A DNA stretch of 64,000 bases, from assembly GCA_965250285.1 (NCBI GenBank), contig OZ252299.1, positions 1,536,001 through 1,600,000 of the forward strand, written 5' to 3'. The stretch comes from Myxococcota bacterium (GTDB taxonomy: Bacteria > Myxococcota_A > UBA9160 > UBA4427). The position numbers were made by a program, and so were the translations under genes. The notes beneath the pieces were generated by a model. The model ran no database searches. It was not told the origin of the DNA and saw nothing but the letters and a program-made list of their open reading frames with translations. This document shows positions 46,117-58,143 of the stretch, one piece after another; the first letter of the stretch is position 1; each line of letters starts with the position of its first letter.

Positions 46117-48156
46117 ATGACCCGCACTGTCCGCACGATGTGTCCGATGAACTGCCACCCCACGCTGTGCGGGATGCAGGTCGAGGTCGACGGCGATCGG
46201 CTGGTCGCGCTGCACGGCGATCGCGAGAACCCCGACAGCCAGGGCTTCTTGTGCGTTCGTGGGCGCGCCGCCGAAGAGATCCCGTCGAACCCCGATCGCG
46301 TGCTCCATCCGATGGTTCGCTCCCGGCGTGGGGGCGACGACTGGCAGCGCATCTCGTGGAGCGATGCCCTCGACCGCATCGTCGAGGGCGTCGACGCCGT
46401 CGGCCGACCGCGGGTGGGGGTGTGGGTCGGACACGGCGGGGTCGCGAACGACTACGGCGTCTTCGCGCACGCGCAGCTGATGACGCGGCTTGCGTTCATG
46501 GCGGGCTTCCAGACGTGGGATCCCTCGATGATCTGCTGGGGGCTCGGCGGGCTCGGTGTCGGGCTCACGGGCGCGAGCGAGGTGCATACGAAGGAGGACA
46601 TGAGCGCCCACTCTGATCTCGTGATCTTGTGGGGCTCGAACTCGGTCAGTCAGCCCAATACGGCGCGCCACGTGGCGCAGGCGAAGAAGCGCGGCGCGCG
46701 CATCATCGCCATCGACGTGCGGGAGACCGAGGCCTGTCGATCGGCGCACGAGATGCACCTGGTGCGGCCCGGCAGCGATGCCGCGCTCGCGCTCGGCCTG
46801 ATGCACGTGCTGATTCGCGATGACCTGTGCGACGACACGTTCATCGAGCAGTACACGGTGGGCTTCGACGCGCTGCGCGCGCACGTCGAGGCGTACCCGC
46901 CCGAGTGGACCGCCGCGCAGACCGGCGTGTCCGCGGCGCACGTCGAGGCGCTGGCGGTCGAGTATGCGCAGACCGAGCGCGCGACGATCCTCATGAGCGG
47001 GAGCTCGATGTACAAGCAGCGCGCCGGCTTCGAGTCGAGCCGGGCGATCAGCTGTCTACCGGCCCTGACGGGCAAGCTCGGCCGGCCAGGTGCCGGGCTG
47101 GGCGCCCGGCATGCGGGGCAACCCCATGGCAGCGGGCTCGCCGGCATCGTCGATCCGACGACGCGACCACCGGGTGACTACATCGGCAATCAGATGTCCG
47201 AGATCATCGATGCCATCGAGGGGGGGCGCCTCGGGGCGATGCTGCTCTTCGGCACCAACTTCGTCTCGTCCTTCGCCGACGCGGCCCGGGTCGACGCCGG
47301 CCTCGCGAAGATGCCGCTGGTCGTGTGCCAGGATCTCTTCATGAATGAGACGATCCGAAAGCACGCCGACCTCGTGCTGCCGGCGACCTCGTGGCTCGAA
47401 GACGTCGGCTGCAAGATGACCGCGACGCACCTCTACCTGATGGATCGCGCGCTTCCGCCGGCCGGCGAGGCACGCTCGGTCGCCGAGGTTGCCCGGATGC
47501 TGGCTGAGCGGCTCGGGCTCGATGGCTTCTACCCATGGGAGACGCGCGACGGCCACATCGACGCGGTGCTCGATCATCCTTCGACCCGACACGCGACGAT
47601 CGCCGCGCTGCGCGCCGAGGGCGGCCTGCGCGCCCTCGACATCGGACACGTGGCGCACCCGGATCTTGTGTTTCCCACCGCATCGGGGAAGGTCGAGTTC
47701 GTCTCGCAGACGGCCGAGCAGCACGGGCTCCCGGCGCTGCCGACGTACACCGAGCGACACGCGCCGTCGTCGGCGTATCCCCTCGAGCTTCGGATGGGTC
47801 GTTCGATCAACCATTTTCACAGCTTCTACGATCACGCGCGCGCACTGCCGTCGATGGCGAAGCACGAGGCCGGGCCCGAGTTGTGGATCTCGACACAGGA
47901 TGCAGCCGAGCGAGACGTCGCCGACGGCGATCCCGTGCGCATCTACAACCCGCGCGGGGACGTGGGCGCCACGGCGCTCGTCACGGACCGGATCCCGGCC
48001 GGCACGTTGTGGATGCACGACGGCTGGCCCGGGCTCAATGCGCTGACGCTCGGCGACGCCGCCGTGCCCGACAGCGCAACGACGATCTTTCCGTTCTCGG
48101 TGGGCCAGGCCGCCTACGACGCGTTCGTCGAGGTGACGGCGGCGCCCGAAGGCTGA
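46117..48156 (+). CDS. Molybdopterin oxidoreductase catalytic subunit with 4Fe-4S cluster
   Basis: CPMNCHPTLC...GFLCVRG, WGSN, VRPGSDAALA, ADLVLPATSWLE, TASGKVEF. Confidence 0.9.
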   Translation: MTRTVRTMCPMNCHPTLCGMQVEVDGDRLVALHGDRENPDSQGFLCVRGRAAEEIPSNPDRVLHPMVRSRRGGDDWQRISWSDALDRIVEGVDAVGRPRVGVWVGHGGVANDYGVFAHAQLMTRLAFMAGFQTWDPSMICWGLGGLGVGLTGASEVHTKEDMSAHSDLVILWGSNSVSQPNTARHVAQAKKRGARIIAIDVRETEACRSAHEMHLVRPGSDAALALGLMHVLIRDDLCDDTFIEQYTVGFDALRAHVEAYPPEWTAAQTGVSAAHVEALAVEYAQTERATILMSGSSMYKQRAGFESSRAISCLPALTGKLGRPGAGLGARHAGQPHGSGLAGIVDPTTRPPGDYIGNQMSEIIDAIEGGRLGAMLLFGTNFVSSFADAARVDAGLAKMPLVVCQDLFMNETIRKHADLVLPATSWLEDVGCKMTATHLYLMDRALPPAGEARSVAEVARMLAERLGLDGFYPWETRDGHIDAVLDHPSTRHATIAALRAEGGLRALDIGHVAHPDLVFPTASGKVEFVSQTAEQHGLPALPTYTERHAPSSAYPLELRMGRSINHFHSFYDHARALPSMAKHEAGPELWISTQDAAERDVADGDPVRIYNPRGDVGATALVTDRIPAGTLWMHDGWPGLNALTLGDAAVPDSATTIFPFSVGQAAYDAFVEVTAAPEG

Positions 48157-48163
48157 CGCGCGC

Positions 48164-48757
48164 TCAGCGCCAGCCGAACTCGAAGCCGATGGCGTGGATC
48201 TGGGTGCGGCCGCCCTCGAAGGCGTCGCTCATCATGAAGAAGCGGTACGTCACGCCGGCGGTGAAGTGTTCGCCGAAGGGGATCTCGACGCCGGCACCGA
48301 CGTTGCCGGCCACGTTCCAGTTCTGTTCGGTGGGTCCATCTCGGTTGGACTCGAGTCGCCCGGCACCGACGCCGCCGATGAGGAAGGGGTTGGGGATCTG
48401 ATTGCCGTCGCCGGGCTTCCGGAAGTAGCCCACGCGCAGCGCCGATCCGAGGAACAACGCATCGACGTCCCAGCCGCAACTCTCGACCGGGCAGTCGTCG
48501 AGATCCTGCTCCGACCAGAAACCGGACACGTCCGCGATGTCCACCTGGACCCACTCGCTGAGCCGGAGCCCGACGTTGCCGGAGACGAACGCGCCCGTGC
48601 CCCTGCCAGGGCCGAAACGCGACGGTGCAGCGCCGGCCACGGCGCCGACCGAGAGTCGCGGATAGTCGCCGCCGTCGGCTTCCGCGCGAGCGGGCGCTCC
48701 GCTCACGAGGCCGAGCAGGCAGGCGAAGAGCAGGGCGCGCGACACGATCGACTTCAT
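48164..48757 (-). CDS. Small outer membrane beta-barrel (OmpA-TM/OMP_b-brl-like)
   Basis: Signal peptide; PFLIGGVGAG, NVGAGVEI, TYRFF, terminal FEFGWR. Confidence 0.7.
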   Translation of the reverse strand: MKSIVSRALLFACLLGLVSGAPARAEADGGDYPRLSVGAVAGAAPSRFGPGRGTGAFVSGNVGLRLSEWVQVDIADVSGFWSEQDLDDCPVESCGWDVDALFLGSALRVGYFRKPGDGNQIPNPFLIGGVGAGRLESNRDGPTEQNWNVAGNVGAGVEIPFGEHFTAGVTYRFFMMSDAFEGGRTQIHAIGFEFGWR

Positions 48758-49061
48758 CGAGACTCCTCGATCGCCGTGCACGATCCAGGTCGAGCGCTCT
48801 CCCCCAGCGGCAGCGCCGAGCGGCACTCTATCACGCCGCCTATGGGCCGGCGTCGGCGTGGATGTGCAGCATCGCGTCGGTGATGTGCCTGATCGGCGGC
48901 GGTTCACGATCCGGGATCGCATCCGCACGACGTCGAGAGCGGGGGCCGAACCCTTTGCTACCAACGAACGGTGGCGTACGGCCTGAGCCGCGCCGCCGTC
49001 CAACGCCACGGGCCCGCGTCGACGCGCAGCATGCGTTTCGGGCGCGGGCAGGGGGCGCCGG

Positions 49062-50423
49062 CTAGAGCGCGCCCACCAGGAGCAGCCCGCCCCCGAACAC
49101 CGCTCCGCTCACCAGGAAGATCACGAAGCAGTACCCCATGATCGCGCGGGCGTTCAGGCCGGCGATGGCCAGCATCGGCAGGGTCCAGAACGGCTGGATC
49201 ATGTTGCTCCACTGGTCGCCATACGCGACGCCCATGACCACTTCGGGGATCGGGGTGCCGAGCTTCTGCGCCGCGGCGATGAAGATGGGGCCCTGCACCG
49301 CCCACTGTCCTCCGCCCGAGGGCACGAAAAAGTTGAGAACGCCCCCGGCCACGAAGGCCCAGAAGCCGAGCGTGGCGCTGGTCGCGATCGACACGAAGCC
49401 GTCGCTGAAGCGCTCGACGAGCGGGGTGTTCGTCATCAAGCCCATGATGCCCGCATAGAAGGGGTACTGAAGAAGGACCGGGCCGAGTGCCCGGCTGGCG
49501 TGGGCGATGAGGGAGACGTAGTGCACCGGGGATCGTGCGAGCAGCAGACCGGCGCCGAGGAAGGACCAGTTGACCACGTTGAGCGTCAGTCGAAGCCCCT
49601 CGGTCGCGAACCACTGGGCGAGGTACGCGAGAAACAGCAGACCGGCGAGGGTCGAGAGCCAACGCGCGTGGTCGAGTCGCGCACCCGTCCGGCTCGCGGC
49701 GTGGTCGGCAACGCGCTCGTCGGCGGGCCCGTCGACCTCGACGAGGTCACGATCGAGCTCGACGATGTCGCGATCGAGCGACGGCGCCATGCGGCTGCAC
49801 ACGAACGCGACGAGGCCCAGCGTCACCGCAGCGAGCGCCAGGTTCCACGGCGCGAAGATCGTCGCGGTCACGGGCACCAGCCCCACGCTCGCCTCGAGGG
49901 CGTGGCCGGGGGTCGCGACGAAGAGCGCCGACGAGCTCGAATAGCCCATGTGCCACACCACGAACCCGGCGTACGCGCTCGCTACGAGCATCGGGTAGTG
50001 AAGCCGCAGGCCTTTCGCGCGTCCGGCCCGCGCCACGGCGAGCGCCGCGAGCGCACCGACGACGAGGCCGAGCGACCAGGCGACGAGGCTCGCGGTCCCG
50101 GCCACGAGCGTGACGAGCGCGTAGGCTGCGGGCGGCGTGCGCGGCCAGGCTCCGACGCGGTCGATGCCGCTCCGAACGAGATCGGTGTGGGCGAGGGCGT
50201 GGGCCCCGACGAGCGTCAGCGCCACCTGCGTGATGAAGGGCAGGAGCCCGGCCAGACCCTGTCCCCAGATCGCCACCGCTTCGCCGAGCGTCGTCGGTGT
50301 CCACCCGACCGCCAGGACGAGCGTGACGCCGGTGAGCAGCAGCGCGAAGACGAACGCGTCGGGGTAGAAGCGTTCGACGAAGCCGACGAAGGGCCTCGCG
50401 AGGCGATCGAGCGAACCGGGCAC
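49062..50423 (-). CDS. atoE: Short-chain fatty acid transporter
   Basis: ERFYPDAFVFA, LVASAYAGFVVWHMG, LLQYPFYAGI, FVPSGGGQWAVQGP, GDQWSNMIQPFW. Confidence 0.92.
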   Translation of the reverse strand: MPGSLDRLARPFVGFVERFYPDAFVFALLLTGVTLVLAVGWTPTTLGEAVAIWGQGLAGLLPFITQVALTLVGAHALAHTDLVRSGIDRVGAWPRTPPAAYALVTLVAGTASLVAWSLGLVVGALAALAVARAGRAKGLRLHYPMLVASAYAGFVVWHMGYSSSSALFVATPGHALEASVGLVPVTATIFAPWNLALAAVTLGLVAFVCSRMAPSLDRDIVELDRDLVEVDGPADERVADHAASRTGARLDHARWLSTLAGLLFLAYLAQWFATEGLRLTLNVVNWSFLGAGLLLARSPVHYVSLIAHASRALGPVLLQYPFYAGIMGLMTNTPLVERFSDGFVSIATSATLGFWAFVAGGVLNFFVPSGGGQWAVQGPIFIAAAQKLGTPIPEVVMGVAYGDQWSNMIQPFWTLPMLAIAGLNARAIMGYCFVIFLVSGAVFGGGLLLVGAL

Positions 50424-50477
50424 GCGCTGATTCTAACCGCCCGCGGCGCAACGCGGCCGCGAAGTGCCCGGGGCGCA

Positions 50478-50954
50478 TCAGGCGTCGGGTGCGAGTCTCG
50501 CTTCGCTCCGCACCCGTTCGATCAGCGCCTCCTCGGTCGTCTCGTGCGCTGTGCGCAGGGCGGCCAGCGTTTGCAGGCGGTGCGTCGCCTCGGCGGGATC
50601 CCCGGCGAGCAGCTCGGCTCGGATCGCCTCGAGCGCCGAACGCATCTCGTGGTGCTGAGTCGTGAGCGCAGTCAGGTCGGGATCGACGGCGGGCAGCAGA
50701 CCGTGCAGGGCGGGGAAGTAGAGCGTCTCCTCGACGTGCATGTGCGCCTCGAACGCGTCGGCGAAGTGATCGAAGGCGCTGCGTCGCCGTTCGTCGACAT
50801 CGGATGCGAAGGTCTGCTCGAGGTCGGCGATCAGCAGGCTGAGCTGCTCGTGCTGCGAGTGGACGCGCCGGGCCTCGCTCGCCATGCGAAGCTTGAGCCC
50901 GCGGTCGCTCGCGTTCGCGTGCCCCGGTGCGGGTGTGTCTGCGTCGTTCGACAT
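50478..50954 (-). CDS. Hemerythrin HHE cation-binding domain protein
   Basis: QHEQL, HMHVEETLYFP, QHHEM, HETTEE. Confidence 0.8.
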   Translation of the reverse strand: MSNDADTPAPGHANASDRGLKLRMASEARRVHSQHEQLSLLIADLEQTFASDVDERRRSAFDHFADAFEAHMHVEETLYFPALHGLLPAVDPDLTALTTQHHEMRSALEAIRAELLAGDPAEATHRLQTLAALRTAHETTEEALIERVRSEARLAPDA

Positions 50955-51042
50955 GGCCGCCTCGGCGCGCCGTCGGACGCGCGGCGCGGATGCCGCCGGT
51001 CCGTGCGCTCCACCGAAGGGTACGCCGCCTCGGGCAGCGTCG

Positions 51043-52614
51043 TCAGCCCGACAGGCGGTGCTTCTGCACCTTGCCCGATGCCGTGCGCGGCAGATCCCGC
51101 TCGACGACGAAGTGCTGGGGCACCTTGTACTTCGCGAGTCGCTCTTCGGCCCAGGCGCGGAGGCTCTCGGCGTCGACCGTCTCGGCCTCGTGCAGCACGA
51201 GGTGCGCGGAGCCGACTTCTCCCCAGCGCTCGTCTGGCACGCCCACGATCGCGACCTCCTCGATCGACGGGTGCTCTCGAAAGACGGCTTCGACCTCGGC
51301 CGGGTACACGTTCTCGCCGCCCGAGATGTACATGTCGTGCGCCCTGCCGAGCAGCGTGATGAAGCCCTCGGCGTCGCGGCTGGCCAGGTCGCCGGTGCGC
51401 AACCAGCCGTCGATCAGCGTTCGGGCCGTGTCGTCGGGGCGGCCCCAGTAGCCGAGCATCGTGATGTCGCCGCGCACGACGACCTCGCCGCGCTGCCCGT
51501 CTTCGGTGTCTCGCCAGGCGGTCGGGGCAAGCTCGAGATCGTCCGTGCAGACGACGCGAACCTCGGCGTGCTCGACCGGCCGCCCCACCGAGCCGGCCTT
51601 GCGCAGCGCGTCGTCGGCGGCCAGACAAGTCAGCGTCGACGTCTCGGTCTGGCCATAGCCCTGCATGATGAGCACGTCGTGGCGATTGAAGTCGCGGATC
51701 AGCTCGACCGAGATCGCCGAGCCGGCACTGAAGATGAAGCGCAGACCGCGCGCCGCGCGCGCCGCGTCGGCGGATCGCTCGAGCTCGTCGTAGAGGCGCT
51801 GGTGCATCGCGGGGACGCCGCCGAGGTACGAGACGTGCTGCTGCTCGACGTCGTGCCAGACGCGGGTGGGCTCGAACCGGTCGTGGAGGATCACGGCTGC
51901 GCCGGCGAAGAGCGCCGGGAGCGAGAGGATCTGCAGGCCCAGCGAGTGAAAGAGCGGGGCGGCGACCAGGACGCGGTCGTCGGGGCGAAGTGAGAACGTG
52001 ATCTCGGCGTTGAGTGCGTTGAACAGCGCCTTGCGGTGCGGGAGCAAAGCGCCCTTTGGCTCCCCCGTCGTGCCCGACGTGTACATGATCATGAATGGAT
52101 CGTCGGGGGTGACGGGATGCACGGCGTGTCGAGGGGCGGCCTGGGCCAGTGTCTGCTCCCAAGCGTCGCCGCTGGGATCACCGACGATGATGCGCTCGCG
52201 CGGGGCGTGTTCGGCCACGCCGCAGGCGCGTGCGGCGACGTCGCTGAGGGCGCACTCGACGAAGAGGGCGCTCGGCGTGCAGTCGTCGATCTGGAACGCG
52301 ATCTCGCGGGGCGAGAGGCGAAGGTTCATCGGTACGACGATCGCGCCCACGCGCGCAGCGGCGAAGCACACCTCGAGGGTGGCGGATCGATTGCCGAGCA
52401 GCATCGCGATCCGCTCGCCCGGCCCGATGCCGCGCGCTTCGAGCCAGCCCGCCGTGCGAGCCACCCGCCCTTCGAAGGCGCGCCAGTCGAGTGAACGATC
52501 GCCGTCGATCACGGCGTCGGCCTCGCCGCGTGCGGCGGCGTGGCGCGCGGGCCAGTCCCCCACGTTGTTGCGCGGGTCGGGCGAGGCGGTGATGGCAGGC
52601 GGCGAGGGCGTCAT
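51043..52614 (-). CDS. Acyl-CoA synthetase (AMP-binding, long-chain fatty acid/MenE-like)
   Basis: YTSGTTGEPKG, GYGQTE, TGDL, SGGENVYPAEVE, PRTASGKVQK. Confidence 0.92.
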   Translation of the reverse strand: MTPSPPAITASPDPRNNVGDWPARHAAARGEADAVIDGDRSLDWRAFEGRVARTAGWLEARGIGPGERIAMLLGNRSATLEVCFAAARVGAIVVPMNLRLSPREIAFQIDDCTPSALFVECALSDVAARACGVAEHAPRERIIVGDPSGDAWEQTLAQAAPRHAVHPVTPDDPFMIMYTSGTTGEPKGALLPHRKALFNALNAEITFSLRPDDRVLVAAPLFHSLGLQILSLPALFAGAAVILHDRFEPTRVWHDVEQQHVSYLGGVPAMHQRLYDELERSADAARAARGLRFIFSAGSAISVELIRDFNRHDVLIMQGYGQTETSTLTCLAADDALRKAGSVGRPVEHAEVRVVCTDDLELAPTAWRDTEDGQRGEVVVRGDITMLGYWGRPDDTARTLIDGWLRTGDLASRDAEGFITLLGRAHDMYISGGENVYPAEVEAVFREHPSIEEVAIVGVPDERWGEVGSAHLVLHEAETVDAESLRAWAEERLAKYKVPQHFVVERDLPRTASGKVQKHRLSG

Positions 52615-52697
52615 GAGCGAGGGCTCTGGATAACGGAGCGAAACCGGCGCCGCCAGAACGCGCGCCGCCACGGCGTGCGGCTGGCTACGCTTCAGCC

Positions 52698-53738
52698 ATG
52701 CTCCATGAAGCCTTCGAAGCCGCCGTCCTCGGGCCGGGGATCGCGCGGCGGCATTGCCTCGTGGCCGTGTCGGGCGGCGTCGACTCGGTCGCACTGCTGC
52801 ACGGTCTCGTCGAGCTGCGCGCGCGCGCCGAGCTGGATCTCACGGTGGCCCATGTGCATCACGGTCTCCGCGGCGAAGAGGCCGACGGGGACGAGGCGTT
52901 CGTGCGCGCGCTCGCCGGGGATCTCGACGTCGCCTTCGTCCAGGCGCGCGTCGAGCCCGCCGTGCTTCGCGAGTCGGGCCCGAAGCGCGCTCGGCCCACA
53001 CTTCAGGAGGCGGCGCGCCGGCTGCGCTGGGAGGCGCTCGAGGCCCTTCGCCAGCGCGTCGACGCCGATGCGATCGTCACGGCTCACCATCTCGATGACC
53101 AGGCCGAGACCGTCCTGATGCGGCTCTTCCGCGGCACGTCGCCCGAAGGTCTCGGCGGGATGGCACCCGTGTCCGAGGACGGGCGACGCGTGCGTCCCCT
53201 GCTCGATGTGAGCCGCAGCGAGATCGAGGCCTGGGCGCGATCGCGGGGTCTGCGCTGGCGCGAGGACGCGAGCAACGAGAGCGACGCGTACACGCGCAAT
53301 CGCCTGCGTCGGCGCTGGATCCCCGGTCTTTCCGCAGACTTCAACCCACAATTGCTCAGGGCTGTGGCCAGACTGGCCGAAGCACAGAGAACGGATTCGG
53401 CGTGGATCGACACCGCCGTGCGCGAGATCGAGCCCGACTGGGTCGGGGTCGATCGGGGCGCGCGGGTGCTCCGGCTGGAGGGCTGGGGAGATCTGCCGAA
53501 CGCGCTGGCCCGGCGCCTCGTCGCTCGGGCCGTTTCCGACCTCGGGGGTGGGCGTGACCTCAGCGCGAAGCACATCGATCGGGTGCTCGAGTTCCTCGCT
53601 TCGCCCGAACGGCACGAGGGCGGGCGAAGCCTCGAGCTTCCGGGCGGAATCAGACTCACACGCGCAGCGAAGCAGTGGCGGCTCCACGCGGCGGACGAGA
53701 CGTCTCGCCATCGACCTGCTCCGAAGCGCGACGCCTGA
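52698..53738 (+). CDS. tilS: tRNA(Ile)-lysidine synthetase
   Basis: AVSGGVDS, HVHHGLRG, AHHLDDQAET, RPLL, EDASN...RNRLR. Confidence 0.93.
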   Translation: MLHEAFEAAVLGPGIARRHCLVAVSGGVDSVALLHGLVELRARAELDLTVAHVHHGLRGEEADGDEAFVRALAGDLDVAFVQARVEPAVLRESGPKRARPTLQEAARRLRWEALEALRQRVDADAIVTAHHLDDQAETVLMRLFRGTSPEGLGGMAPVSEDGRRVRPLLDVSRSEIEAWARSRGLRWREDASNESDAYTRNRLRRRWIPGLSADFNPQLLRAVARLAEAQRTDSAWIDTAVREIEPDWVGVDRGARVLRLEGWGDLPNALARRLVARAVSDLGGGRDLSAKHIDRVLEFLASPERHEGGRSLELPGGIRLTRAAKQWRLHAADETSRHRPAPKRDA

Positions 53739-54098
53739 GCCGCGAACCCGGACCATGGGTGCCCGGGTCGGGGCTGAAACAGCGCCCACCGAGGTTGGAC
53801 GGCCCGCCGCGACACGTCGGGGCCGGGTCCACACGCGCATGCTAGGCTACGCCACTGTGCTGGAAGACTTTTTCGCCGACGTGCCCCACGGGGCCCGGCC
53901 GCTGAACCCCGCGGCCCGGCCGAGCATCCATTCGCCTGGGGACAGCACCACTCTCTTGCTCGCGACCCCATCCGGTCGCGAGATTCGGGCTCGGCGCGAC
54001 ACGCCGCGGCCCACCATCGAGTCGCCCGCACCGCGGGTCCCGGTCGGACCCGAAGCCTCTCGCGCGTGGCCCCGACCACGCGCCACCGAGGAGCTCAA

Positions 54099-56039
<1,941 letters not shown>

Positions 56040-56093
56040 TCGGCCGATGTCGCGCGGGACCGCCCCTGCGCGGTCCGACCGAAGGAGGATCCC

Positions 56094-56954
56094 TTGCTGA
56101 CCGCGTCGATCTTCCCGTCGGATCGGGTCACGGTGATGGGGGTCGTGAACCTCACGCCGGATTCGTTCTCGGACGGGGGGCGGCTCACGCGGGCGGCGAC
56201 CGGGACCGACGTCGAGGCCGCACTGCGACACGCTGCCGCCCTGGTGGCGGCCGGCGCCCATGTGCTCGACGTGGGCGGCGAGTCGACTCGCCCCGGGGCC
56301 GGTGAGGTTCCGGTCGAAGAGGAGCGAGCGCGCGTCGAGGCCGCGATTCGGGCGCTGGCCGCGGCGGTCGACGTGCCCATCTCGATCGATACGCGCAAGG
56401 CCGAGGTCGCACGCGCGGCCATCGCGGCCGGGGCCGGGCTGGTGAACGACGTCTCCGGGCTGGCCTTCGATCCCGCGCTGGCCGAGGTCGTCGCCGAGAG
56501 CGGGGCCGGCCTCGTCCTGGGCCATGCCCGGGGCACCCCCGACGTGATGCAGAGCCGGGCCGATTACGACGACGTGCTCGCCGAGGTCGCACGTGAGCTC
56601 GAAGTCTCGGTCGAGGTGGCCCTCGCGGCCGGCGTGGCTCGAAATCACCTCGCCATCGACCCGGGGATCGGATTCGGCAAGCAGCTCGATGCCAACCTCG
56701 AGCTGATGGCTCACGTCAGCTGGCTGAAGAGCCGATTCGAACTCCCAGTGCTTGTGGGGCCCTCGCGCAAGGCCTTTCTGGGGCACCTGACCGGCGCCCC
56801 GGTCGACGAGCGCGACGCCGCCACGGCGGAGGTCTGCGCCGTGCTGGCCTTCGCCGGCGCCGACGCGGTGAGAGTGCACGACGTGCGGGGCGCGAGTCGT
56901 GCGGTGAAGCTCGGACGCGCGCTCAAGGACGCGCGCCGCAAGGAGCTGTCGTGA
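56094..56954 (+). CDS. folP: Dihydropteroate synthase
   Basis: MGVVNLTPDSFSDGG, GGESTRPG, DPGIGFGK, GPSRK, VRVHDV. Confidence 0.96.
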   Translation: MLTASIFPSDRVTVMGVVNLTPDSFSDGGRLTRAATGTDVEAALRHAAALVAAGAHVLDVGGESTRPGAGEVPVEEERARVEAAIRALAAAVDVPISIDTRKAEVARAAIAAGAGLVNDVSGLAFDPALAEVVAESGAGLVLGHARGTPDVMQSRADYDDVLAEVARELEVSVEVALAAGVARNHLAIDPGIGFGKQLDANLELMAHVSWLKSRFELPVLVGPSRKAFLGHLTGAPVDERDAATAEVCAVLAFAGADAVRVHDVRGASRAVKLGRALKDARRKELS

Positions 56955-57271
56955 TCGAGGTGACCTTCGAAGCCTCGCGTGAGAAGATCGGACGCGCGCT
57001 CGAGGACGCGCGCCGACAGGAGCTGTCGTGATCGAGGCGACCTTCGAAGCCTCGCGTGAGAAGATCGGACGCGCGCTCGAGGGTGCGCGCCGCGAGGAAT
57101 CGTCGTGATCCACGTGACCTTCGAAGCCTCGCGTGAGAAGATCGGACGCGCGCTCGAGGATGCGCGCCGCGAGGAATCGTCGTGATCCACGTGACCTTCG
57201 ACGCCTCGCGTGAGAAGATCGGACGCGCGCTCGAGGGAGCGCGCCGCAAGGAACCGTCGTGATCCAGGTGA
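56907..57271 (+). repeat. 77-bp tandem array (~4.7 units) duplicating the folP/cdaA junction
   Basis: tcggacgcgcgctc recurs at 56911, 56988, 57065, 57142, 57219. Confidence 0.95.
56951..57262 (+). other. Four chained 26-codon mini-ORFs (56951-57031, 57028-57108, 57105-57185, 57182-57262)
   Basis: Each starts at a GTG overlapping the previous TGA and follows an AGGA(G) RBS; peptides like MIEVTFEASREKIGRALEDARRQELS; translation not shown. Confidence 0.5.
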
Positions 57272-58143
57272 TCCTGAACTTCCTGCGCGAGCTCGCCGAC
57301 TTCTTCAAGGCGAACTTCGATCCGTGGCGTGACAGCGTCGATATCCTGCTCGTCACGCTGGGGATCTACTGGCTGTTGCTGCTGATCCGCGGCACGCGCG
57401 CCGTGCAGATCCTCGTCGGCCTGATCGTCCTGATCGCCCTCAGTCTCGCCTCCGAGCTCTTCCAGTTCGTGACGACCAAGCTGATCCTCGAGAACTTCCT
57501 CGGGTCGGCCGTGTTGATCATCATCGTGCTCTTCCAGCACGACATACGGCGCGCGCTCGCGCGGGTGGGGCGCGGCTTCTTCCCGTCGGTGTCGGCCCAG
57601 CAGGAGTCGCAGCTCCTCGAAGAGCTGGTCCGCGCTGCCCAGTCGCTCGCTGACCGACGCGTCGGCGCGCTGATGGTGATCGAGCGGGAGAGCTCGCTGG
57701 CCGATCAGATCGACGCGGGCACGCCCGTCAACGCCGACCTCAGCAAGGATCTGCTCGAGTCGCTCTTCAATACGAGCTCGCCGCTGCACGATGGCGCGGT
57801 GATCATCCGCGACGGGCGCATCGCGAGTGCCGGCTGCATTCTGCCGCTCACGCTGCGGACCGATCTGCCCGACGGTGTCGGGACGCGTCACCGGGCGGCC
57901 GTCGGCATCACCGAAGAGACCGACGCCGTCGTGATCGTCGTGTCGGAAGAGACCTCGAAGATCGCCGTCGTGATGGGCGGTGAGATGATCCATGGCCTCG
58001 AGGCGCCCGAGCTGCGGCGCGTGCTCTACGACATCATGGCCGGCGATCGGCGAGATCTGCTCGCCGAGAGCGAGTCGGGCGCCCCCGCCGCCGTATCGGA
58101 CATCGACGAAGCCGATGCGCCGGTCGAGCGCACGGCGGGTTGA
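57259..58143 (+). CDS. cdaA: Diadenylate cyclase
   Basis: 3 N-terminal TMs; SPLHDGAV, GTRHRAAVG, VVSEE. Confidence 0.95.
   Translation: MIQVILNFLRELADFFKANFDPWRDSVDILLVTLGIYWLLLLIRGTRAVQILVGLIVLIALSLASELFQFVTTKLILENFLGSAVLIIIVLFQHDIRRALARVGRGFFPSVSAQQESQLLEELVRAAQSLADRRVGALMVIERESSLADQIDAGTPVNADLSKDLLESLFNTSSPLHDGAVIIRDGRIASAGCILPLTLRTDLPDGVGTRHRAAVGITEETDAVVIVVSEETSKIAVVMGGEMIHGLEAPELRRVLYDIMAGDRRDLLAESESGAPAAVSDIDEADAPVERTAG

Noticed and set aside
53929..53950. attR-like copy of the tRNA-Glu 3' end (ctggggaca...cacca)
   Set aside because: Only ~9 bp exact match, no integrase, and core genes lie in between.
56907..57271. CRISPR array
   Set aside because: The units are contiguous near-identical 77-mers with no unique spacers, derive from the flanking gene ends, and no cas genes are present.
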